DNA from: an uncultured Deinococcales bacterium
GTDB taxonomy: Bacteria; Deinococcota; Deinococci; Deinococcales; JAAFIG01
Direction of reading: 5' to 3'
DNA: 27,216 nucleotides
Assembly: GCA_964247135.1 (NCBI GenBank)
Contig: CAXTTL010000036.1
Coordinates: 1 to 27,216 of the forward strand
Shown here: in pieces, positions 17,610-24,805 of the stretch
Numbering within the stretch: position 1 is the first letter of the stretch
Layout of the letters: each line of letters starts with the position of its first letter
The notes under the pieces: model-generated
Told to the model about the DNA's origin: nothing
The model's database searches: none
What the model saw: only the letters and a program-made list of their open reading frames with translations
Program-made: the position numbers and the translations under genes

Positions 17610-17846
17610 ATGGCAGACGTTTTTACCCAAGTCAAAGAAGTGATCGTTGAAAAATTAAGCTGTGATGCAGACAAAGTGGTTTTGGAAGCATCATTCGTGG
17701 ATGACCTTGGCGCTGACAGTCTCGAGACCGTGGAACTGATCATGGGCTTGGAAGACAAATTCGGTTTAACCATCGCAGACGAAGACGCCGAAAAAATTCG
17801 TACCGTCAAAGACGCGGTCGATTTTATCAGCTCTAAACAAGGTTAA
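17610..17846 (+). CDS. acpP: Acyl carrier protein
   Basis: [13 protein letters not shown] phosphopantetheine site, GGAGG RBS. Confidence 0.97.
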   Translation: MADVFTQVKEVIVEKLSCDADKVVLEASFVDDLGADSLETVELIMGLEDKFGLTIADEDAEKIRTVKDAVDFISSKQG

Positions 17847-17856
17847 GAGCACCTTT

Positions 17857-17911
17857 TCGAGCGCTGAAAAGCTGTTGGACGATATCGTTCGGCAACCGAT
17901 TCGGCGCTCGA
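17857..17911 (+). other. Long stem-loop between acpP and fabF
   Basis: Outer stem TCGAGCGCTGAA/TTCGGCGCTCGA and inner stem TGTTGGACGA/TCGTTCGGCA with G-U pairs. Confidence 0.6.
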
Positions 17912-17929
17912 GCATTGATGAGGTTATTT

Positions 17930-19171
17930 ATGGGTCATCGTGTGGTCATTACAGGGCTTGGACCTGTGACACCAATTGGAATAGGCGCCCCAACATTTCA
18001 TGCGGCACAACTGGCTGGCAAAAGCGGTGTGGGCATGATTCAAAAATTTGATACCAGCAAATTAAAATGTCGTTTTGCTGCCGAAGTGGACATTGATTTT
18101 AGCCAGTACGGCTTGGAAGTTCGGGAATTAAAACGCCTCGACCGTTACGTGCAAATCACGCTGGTTGCCGCCGAACTTGCCCGTCTGGACGCCGGACTCA
18201 GCCTCGAGGAATTGCAAGGCGACGAAGTTGGGACCCTGATCGGCACTGGCATTGGCGGCATGGAAACCTTCGAGAACCAAACGCGGGTCATGATTGAACG
18301 CGGCGCGGACCGCCTCAGCCCGTTTTTTATTCCGATGATGATTGCCAACATGGCAACTGGACAGGTCGCCATTCGTTACGGTTCGACTGGTGTCTCGAGC
18401 AGCATTGTGACCGCGTGCAGCACCAGCACTGTGGCATTGCACGACGCCTATCACTTTCTCAATCGCGGCGATTGTCAGGTCATGATCGCCGGCGGTGCCG
18501 AAGCGACCGTCACGCCGCTCGCCATTGGCGCATTCGGCAACATGGGCGCCTTAAGCACCCGCAATGATGACCCCGCCACCGCCAGCCGTCCGTTCAGCAA
18601 ATCCAGGGATGGTTTTGTGATGGGCGAAGGTGCGGGTATTTTGATTCTCGAGACGCTCGAGCACGCCCAAAAACGCGGCGCGAAAATTTACGCCGAATTG
18701 CTGGGCGCAGGGCTTGCCGCCGATGCGTATCACATCACCGCACCAGCGCCAGAGGGACGGGGTTACACCAACGCCATCAAACGTGCCCTAAAGAATTCTA
18801 AAATCAACGCCGATCAAGTCGGTTACGCCAACCTGCACGGCACGAGCACCCCCATGAACGACCTCGCCGAAACCCAGGGCATGAAAGCCGTCTTTGGCGA
18901 GCACGTCAAGCACCTGGCAACCTCGAGCACCAAAAGCATGACTGGGCATTTGCTGGGTGCGGCTGGCGCGGTCGAGGCGATTGCGACGGTTCAAGCGCTT
19001 GCCACAGGCATCATTCCGCCGACCATCAATTACATCGATGCCGACCCTGAATGCGACCTTGATTACACGCCGAACACCCCACGCGAGCTTCAAGTTGAAT
19101 ACGCGATTTCCAACTCGAATGCCTTTGGTGGACAGAACGCTTGCGCGGTCTTTAAACGCTGGAGCGAATAG
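17930..19171 (+). CDS. fabF: 3-oxoacyl-ACP synthase II
   Basis: RVVITGLG, TACS, HGTSTPMND, KSMTGHLLGAAG, SNAFGG motifs. Confidence 0.97.
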   Translation: MGHRVVITGLGPVTPIGIGAPTFHAAQLAGKSGVGMIQKFDTSKLKCRFAAEVDIDFSQYGLEVRELKRLDRYVQITLVAAELARLDAGLSLEELQGDEVGTLIGTGIGGMETFENQTRVMIERGADRLSPFFIPMMIANMATGQVAIRYGSTGVSSSIVTACSTSTVALHDAYHFLNRGDCQVMIAGGAEATVTPLAIGAFGNMGALSTRNDDPATASRPFSKSRDGFVMGEGAGILILETLEHAQKRGAKIYAELLGAGLAADAYHITAPAPEGRGYTNAIKRALKNSKINADQVGYANLHGTSTPMNDLAETQGMKAVFGEHVKHLATSSTKSMTGHLLGAAGAVEAIATVQALATGIIPPTINYIDADPECDLDYTPNTPRELQVEYAISNSNAFGGQNACAVFKRWSE

Positions 19172-19187
19172 GGTTTTTGAACAATTT

Positions 19188-19226
19188 AAAGCTCGAGATG
19201 GATTTTGCATCTCGAGCTTTTGTTTT
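19188..19226. terminator. Probable bidirectional terminator between fabF and the restriction endonuclease gene
   Basis: Perfect 13-bp stem AAAGCTCGAGATG-gattttg-CATCTCGAGCTTT followed by a T-rich tail. Both arms contain CTCGAG. Confidence 0.8.
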
Positions 19227-19234
19227 GAACACCT

Positions 19235-19726
19235 TCAAACAGTTGATTGGGAATACACCAATTGACCAACTGAGACGACGTGCTTTAACGGGATTTTTGG
19301 ATTGTTGATGTCTTTGCCGCCATCAGAGTTCCATTTTGCTTCCCATTTTGAAAAGAAAACCTCGAGATCGCTTGCTCCAACGTGGTAAACCGCAATGAGT
19401 TCTATGCCGTTGTAGGTTGCGAAAACCCAAGGAACTTGCCTATACTTTGCCAAAATTCCTGGGTTGAGGTGATGGTGTGTGGTGAACTGTTTTTGTTTCA
19501 AGATGTTCACAGTTTTCAGTTCATACTCCTGACCGTGCTCGTCAACAGCATCATTTCCTTCTCGACCCTCGAGCACTTTCAAACCAGTCACCAGTAAAAC
19601 TTGTAACAACTTGCCGCCATTGTCCTGAAAAACATCGTCAATGCCATGTTCGGAAGCAAGTTTTTGAAATTCTCGAATCGCGGGAAGCAGTGCCTCGAGC
19701 CTTGCAAGATCAGAATGCGGCTTCAT
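19235..19726 (-). CDS. Type II restriction endonuclease, PvuII family (predicted site CAGCTG)
   Basis: [13 protein letters not shown]...[16 protein letters not shown]...[16 protein letters not shown]...KDINNPKIP closely follows R.PvuII. Confidence 0.93.
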   Translation of the reverse strand: MKPHSDLARLEALLPAIREFQKLASEHGIDDVFQDNGGKLLQVLLVTGLKVLEGREGNDAVDEHGQEYELKTVNILKQKQFTTHHHLNPGILAKYRQVPWVFATYNGIELIAVYHVGASDLEVFFSKWEAKWNSDGGKDINNPKIPLKHVVSVGQLVYSQSTV

Positions 19727-19953
19727 GAAACCTCCAACAACTGCGAAATGCTGATTTCAAACGCCACAGCGATACGCTCGAGATTGTCAAGCGAAATATT
19801 GCGCTCACCACGTTCGACAGAGCCAATGTAAGTTCTGTGTAAGCCCACCAGATCAGCCAGTGCCTCCTGCGACAAACCGCGAGATGCCCGCAATAGTTTG
19901 AGGTTCTGCGATAGAATCACTCGAGCTTGCAAGTTTTCTTTTTTGCGTTTCAC
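19723..19953 (-). CDS. Controller (C) protein, XRE HTH, of the PvuII-like system
   Basis: [33 protein letters not shown], overlapping the R start, same C-R / divergent M layout as PvuII. Confidence 0.92.
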   Translation of the reverse strand: MKRKKENLQARVILSQNLKLLRASRGLSQEALADLVGLHRTYIGSVERGERNISLDNLERIAVAFEISISQLLEVS

Positions 19954-19976
19954 ACAATTATGATTGCTGCATAGAT

Positions 19977-20002
19977 GACTTTGAATCTACAGACGATAAG
20001 TA
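19977..20002 (-). promoter_or_regulatory. Tandem C-boxes upstream of the C gene
   Basis: Minus strand TACT-TAT-CGTC-TGTA-GATT-CAA-AGTC fits the GACT-N3-AGTC-TGTA-GACT-N3-AGTC C-box architecture. Confidence 0.85.
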
Positions 20003-20027
20003 GCGTAAGGTGTATACTGAAAACCAA

Positions 20028-21059
20028 ATGGACAATCGCATGAATCTCGAGATACCTGCTTACCAAACGCAACTGGGTGCAGCGTATTACGGTGACTCGT
20101 TGCGGCTGCTCGAGCAACTCGAGGATTCAAGTGTGAATTTGTTCATCACCAGTCCGCCATTTGCTTTGCAGCGTGAGAAAGAATACGGCAACAAAAACCA
20201 AGCCGATTACCTCGAGTGGTTGACCCAATTTGCGCGGCTGATTTATCGCAAATTACGCGATGATGGCAGTTTTGTACTCGATCTTGGCGGTGCATACCAA
20301 AAGGGTTTGCCTGTTCGCAGTTTGTACAACTTTCGCGTGCTGCTTAAATTCTGTGATGAACTTGGCTTTCATTTGGCTGAAGATTTTTACTGGTTTAATC
20401 CTGCCAAACTGCCCAGTCCAATCGAATGGGTCAACAAGCGCAAAATTCGGGTCAAAGATGCGGTCAACACGGTCTGGTGGTTTTCAAAAACTCCAGAACC
20501 AAAAGCCGATGTCAGCAAGGTTTTGGTCGAGTACAGCGACCGCATGAAAAAATTACTCGAGAATCCAGAAAAGTATTACACCGCCAAAAAACGCCCATCG
20601 GGTCACGATATCGGCACGGCTTTTGGCAAAGACAATGGTGGTGCGATTCCGCCTAACCTATTGCAAATTCCCAACACCGAAGCCAACGGGCAGTACCTGG
20701 CGTATTGCAAAGCCGCTGGCACAAAAGGACATCCTGCACGATTTCCAGCCAAATTGCCCGAATTCTTTATTCAAATGCTGACTGACCCTGGCGATTTGGT
20801 CGTGGATATTTTCGCGGGTTCAAACACCACAGGCGCTGTTGCCGAAAATCTGGCACGGCGTTGGTTGGCGTTTGAACTCGAGCGTGAGTACAGCGCAAAT
20901 TCTGTGTTTCGATTTCTCGAGAAAAGCTTAAAACCCGAAGTTGTGCGGGGATTTTATCAGCAGATTCTGGCGGGTGAAAGTTTGGATTTACGGCTGCACG
21001 TTCAGCAAGAACGGTTGTTTGAGCTTGCTGAACGTGCAGTGCTTGCGGCTGACGATTAG
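20028..21059 (+). CDS. N4-cytosine DNA methyltransferase (beta class), M.PvuII-like
   Basis: TSPPF (motif IV) precedes DIFAGSNTTG (motif I), plus KLPSPIEWVNKRKIRVKDAVNTVWW. Start is GTG 20010, ATG 20028 or ATG 20040. Confidence 0.93.
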   Translation: MDNRMNLEIPAYQTQLGAAYYGDSLRLLEQLEDSSVNLFITSPPFALQREKEYGNKNQADYLEWLTQFARLIYRKLRDDGSFVLDLGGAYQKGLPVRSLYNFRVLLKFCDELGFHLAEDFYWFNPAKLPSPIEWVNKRKIRVKDAVNTVWWFSKTPEPKADVSKVLVEYSDRMKKLLENPEKYYTAKKRPSGHDIGTAFGKDNGGAIPPNLLQIPNTEANGQYLAYCKAAGTKGHPARFPAKLPEFFIQMLTDPGDLVVDIFAGSNTTGAVAENLARRWLAFELEREYSANSVFRFLEKSLKPEVVRGFYQQILAGESLDLRLHVQQERLFELAERAVLAADD

Positions 21060-24000
21060 AACGCCGTCTCCAACGCCTCGAGTGCCGCCTTCACATCCTT
21101 CACCCCAGCCTGCGCCATGTCGGGTCGCCCGCCACCCTTGCCGCCACCTGCCGCCGCCAGTTTGCCAATCAACTGCCCCGCGTGCGCCCCTCGAGCCACC
21201 GCATCTTTGGTCGCTTTGATCGCCAGTCCACCTTCAGAACCGACCACCACAATGTCAGCTTTGCTTTTCTCGAGCAAATCGTCAACAGCCGTGCGCAATT
21301 CGTTGCCGACCACGCCCGTCAGTGCAAGCCGCGCGATTTTAAACCCGCCAAGCTCGAGGTTGTCTGCGCTCGAGCCAGCCGATGTTTGGGCGTGAACAAG
21401 TTTCTGTTTTAAATCCGCCACCGTGCGGTTTAGGACCTTCATTTCATCTTGCAGTTTCTCGAGGCGTTCAGGCAGGGTTTCTGGTGTGGCGTTCAGCGTC
21501 CTCGAGAGGCTGCGAACACGCTCTAAGGTGTCACGAACGTAAGCCGTCGCTGCTTCGCCGCACAATGCCTCCAAACGGCGAATGCCTGCCGCCGTGCCTT
21601 CTTCACTCACAATCACGAACGCACCAATCTTGCCCGTGCTCGAGACGTGCGTACCACCGCAAAGTTCCTTGCTCGAGATGTCCACGTGTTGCTCGAGAAT
21701 CCCAACGCTCGAGATTGCCCCGTCCACGCTGACCACGCGCACTTCCGCGCCGTACTTCTCGCCGAAAAGTGCCATCGCACCCGTTTTTCGAGCGTCCTCG
21801 AGCGGCATGAGTTTGGATGAAACCGTGAAATCGGCTTGAATCCAACGGTTGACGAGTTGTTCGACGTGACGAATTTCATCGCTGCTCACGGCTTCGTTGT
21901 GCGTGAAATCAAACCGCAAACGGTCTGGCGTGACCAAACTGCCTTTTTGTTGCACGTGCGAACCCAGCGTGGCGCGAAGTGCCGCCTGCAACAAGTGCGT
22001 TGCCGTGTGGTGCTTTTCGGTTGCAGCCCGAACCCCAGATTCCACCCGAGCCTCGAGCGTATCTTCAACGCTGAGTGTGCCGCGAAGAATTTGTGCCTCG
22101 TGGATAAAGATGCCCTGAGCGTTCTTGTGCGTGCCAGTCACGACAGCGCGACCTTCAACATGCCCAGAAACACTGGCGCGAATCGGACTTTCCACCTTTG
22201 CTTCAACGTGATGACTCGTCCACTCGAGCATCCCGACATCCCCGACTTGACCGCCACCCTCGGCGTAAAACGGGGTGGTGTCTAAAATAATTTGCACGTG
22301 ATCGCCGTCGTGAGCGTTCAAAACCCGAGCGTTGCCTACCAGAATGGCGACCACCCTGGCGGTGGAATTGTTCATGGTGTAACCGACAAAGTTGGTGGCG
22401 GGTAGACCCTCGAGTGAATCGTTGGAAGCGGCATACATGCCGTCTTTTTTGCCGTATTTGCTGCCTGCTCGAGCGAGATTTTGAGCTTCTTTGAGCGCTA
22501 GATTGAAACCTTCTTCATCAACAGTAGCGCCGTACTCTTCAACAATTTCTCGAGTAAGATCAAGTGGAAATCCGAACGTGTCATAAAGGGTAAACGCGTC
22601 TATACCAGTGATGCGAGTTTGAGGCGGAGCTATCAAGGTTGGTGAATGAAAAACGACACCAGAACGAGAAATCACGAGTTCATTCACCCCTGAAAATCGA
22701 CGAGCATATTGATTTTCAAACTCGTTTTTGATTGGGGCAAACCTGTCACCCATGAGTGCGCCGACAAAATTAAACGCATCTCCTTCTGAATACGTCACTT
22801 TGTATTGACTAACTCCTCGTCTATCAATCCCATCAGCTTCAACCGAAGCTCTTGTAGCCAATGCAGCGTGAGACAAAAGTACGTTGAGTCTTTCAATCCC
22901 ATTCTCAAGCGTCCGCAAGAAACGTTTTTCTTCTTCTTCGACTTGCTTGGTCACGCTTTCTTGCGCGTTGACCATTTCAGGGTACGCCTGTCCAAGTGTA
23001 TCCACCACGATCTGCACCAGCTTAAACAAGACTGGTTCTTTCATGCCCAGCAGATAAGCGTGGCGGCTGGCACGACGCATGACTTTGCGCACGACGTACT
23101 CGCGTTCAGAAATCCCGAAACTGACACCATCGGCAAGGGTCATGCTGACCATGCGAATGTGCTCGGCGATCACCCGATGCGAGAGGCTCGAGATGCCCTC
23201 GTATTTTTTACCGCTCAGTTTTTCAACCTCGGCAATCAGGGGTTTGAAGTCGTCTGTGTCGAACAAATCCTCGACTCCCTGACTGATGAACGCCGCCCGA
23301 ATCATGCCCAAGCCAGTGTCAATGTTTTTCTTGCCCAAATCCTCGAGCGACCCCGTGCCATCCGCGCCATCCGTGCGGTTGTACCCTGGGAACACCAGAT
23401 TCCAGAACTCGAGAAAACGGTTGGATTCTGGGTTTGTGGCGTAATCTTCCCAGGTGTCCGAGCCGAATTTCTCGCCGCGATCATAAAAAATTTCGGAGCA
23501 AGGTCCGCAAGGTCCGTTTGGTCCTTTTGATGGCGCATTCTGAGGCCAGAAATTCTCGTCGGCATCGAAGCGGTTGACGTGATTGGCGGGCAGCCCGACG
23601 TTTTTTGTCCAATATTCAAAGGCTTCATCGTCGTCTTTGTAAATCGTCACGTAAATGCGGCTGCCGTCGTAACCGAGCCATTTTGGGTCGGTGATGAACT
23701 CCCACGCCCATTCGATGGCTTCTTTTTTAAAGTAACTGTCAAAGCTAAAATTCCCCAGCATCTCGAACAGCGAACAGTGTCTCGAGGTGCGCCCAACGTT
23801 TTCGATATCGCCAATGCGAATGCACTTTTGGGCGGTCACGACACGGCGGTAAACGCCAGAATCGAACTTGGGTTCTGCGCCCAGAAAGTACGGTTTGAAC
23901 TGTGCCATGCCCGCCACGCTGAACATGATGGTCGGGTCGTCATAGACGGGAATCGGGTGCGAGGGGTAACGCAAATGACCTTTGGATTCAAAAAAACTCA

Positions 24001-24064
24001 GGTACATCTCGCGGATTTGGTTGGTGGTTAAAAATCTTGGTTCTGAAGATTGGAGTTCGGACAT
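21056..24064 (-). CDS. alaS: Alanyl-tRNA synthetase with lineage-specific insertions (1002 aa)
   Basis: AGMAQFKPYF, FEMLGNFSF, GPCGPCSEI, LYDTFGFPLDL, HHTATHLL, ELCGGTH, GGGRPDMAQAG. Confidence 0.98.
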   Translation of the reverse strand: MSELQSSEPRFLTTNQIREMYLSFFESKGHLRYPSHPIPVYDDPTIMFSVAGMAQFKPYFLGAEPKFDSGVYRRVVTAQKCIRIGDIENVGRTSRHCSLFEMLGNFSFDSYFKKEAIEWAWEFITDPKWLGYDGSRIYVTIYKDDDEAFEYWTKNVGLPANHVNRFDADENFWPQNAPSKGPNGPCGPCSEIFYDRGEKFGSDTWEDYATNPESNRFLEFWNLVFPGYNRTDGADGTGSLEDLGKKNIDTGLGMIRAAFISQGVEDLFDTDDFKPLIAEVEKLSGKKYEGISSLSHRVIAEHIRMVSMTLADGVSFGISEREYVVRKVMRRASRHAYLLGMKEPVLFKLVQIVVDTLGQAYPEMVNAQESVTKQVEEEEKRFLRTLENGIERLNVLLSHAALATRASVEADGIDRRGVSQYKVTYSEGDAFNFVGALMGDRFAPIKNEFENQYARRFSGVNELVISRSGVVFHSPTLIAPPQTRITGIDAFTLYDTFGFPLDLTREIVEEYGATVDEEGFNLALKEAQNLARAGSKYGKKDGMYAASNDSLEGLPATNFVGYTMNNSTARVVAILVGNARVLNAHDGDHVQIILDTTPFYAEGGGQVGDVGMLEWTSHHVEAKVESPIRASVSGHVEGRAVVTGTHKNAQGIFIHEAQILRGTLSVEDTLEARVESGVRAATEKHHTATHLLQAALRATLGSHVQQKGSLVTPDRLRFDFTHNEAVSSDEIRHVEQLVNRWIQADFTVSSKLMPLEDARKTGAMALFGEKYGAEVRVVSVDGAISSVGILEQHVDISSKELCGGTHVSSTGKIGAFVIVSEEGTAAGIRRLEALCGEAATAYVRDTLERVRSLSRTLNATPETLPERLEKLQDEMKVLNRTVADLKQKLVHAQTSAGSSADNLELGGFKIARLALTGVVGNELRTAVDDLLEKSKADIVVVGSEGGLAIKATKDAVARGAHAGQLIGKLAAAGGGKGGGRPDMAQAGVKDVKAALEALETAF

Positions 24065-24190
24065 CGTGCAGGGATTATACGGTGACGGCTCGAGATTTCA
24101 AAAAAATGTTTTGAGATTTCGCGCCTTGGTACACATTCAAAGAAAATTCTCGAGTACGGTTGAGGCATCTCGGGGGTAAGGAGAAATCTG

Positions 24191-24637
24191 ATGAAACGAC
24201 TGGTTTTGGCAATGTTGGTGCTGCTGACGTTTTCGGTTCAGGCGCAGAATTTCAAAGCTTCAAGCTCGAGTCTCAGTGTTTTACAACAAGCCGCCAACCC
24301 CATGACCGACGCGCAAGTGCTCGAGCGAGGGCGCAAACTGGTGCTGGATTTTTACGCGGTCAAGCTCGAGGGTTTGTTTGAATTGTTCACCCCAGATTTG
24401 CAGGTGCGCACGGGCGGTCTGGAAGCCTTTCGAGCGTACCGTTTAAGGGGCATCGAAGTGTATGGGCAGGAACTCGAGATGCTGGACGAGCAAGTGCTGA
24501 CCCGAGAGAACTTGAAAGGTTATGTCCGCACCGCCGTCTTTGAAAAACGTCCCGATCTGGTCTGGTACGTGATTTGTGCTTTTGACGAAACGGGCGCGGT
24601 GGCGTATTTCAATATCGAATTTGCGGGATCGCGTTAA
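24191..24637 (+). CDS. Hypothetical secreted protein
   Basis: Sec signal MKRLVLAMLVLLTFSVQA, AAGGAG RBS. Confidence 0.8.
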   Translation: MKRLVLAMLVLLTFSVQAQNFKASSSSLSVLQQAANPMTDAQVLERGRKLVLDFYAVKLEGLFELFTPDLQVRTGGLEAFRAYRLRGIEVYGQELEMLDEQVLTRENLKGYVRTAVFEKRPDLVWYVICAFDETGAVAYFNIEFAGSR

Positions 24638-24649
24638 AAAAACGATTTG

Positions 24650-24744
24650 GTAGGGTGCGCTTCTTGACCATAAAACGCACCTAACGGGCATGGTCGCCTC
24701 GCGCACCAAGACATCTGAAACGCGGTGCGCAAGGCGCACCCTAC
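24650..24744. repeat. GTAG-type REP doublet (REPIN-like)
   Basis: Terminal inverted repeat GTAGGGTGCGC...GCGCACCCTAC with internal GGTGCGC-aag-GCGCACC palindrome. Confidence 0.75.
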
Positions 24745-24805
24745 GAGGCGATGATTTGTCATTATGCGGTCATCCACACGCCACCCAAACCCGCTAAGCT
24801 CGAGT

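Noticed and set aside
5284-19171. Type II PKS or specialised-metabolite cluster
   Set aside because: FabH, FabD, FabG, AcpP and FabF all look like canonical primary-metabolism enzymes linked to rpmF, and there is no chain-length factor.
19235-21059. The local R-M system as the cause of CTCGAG enrichment
   Set aside because: Both enzymes follow the PvuII family (CAGCTG), and restriction normally depletes rather than enriches its site.
22613-22874. Intein in alaS
   Set aside because: No C-terminal His-Asn followed by Cys/Ser/Thr, no recognisable splicing blocks, and too short.
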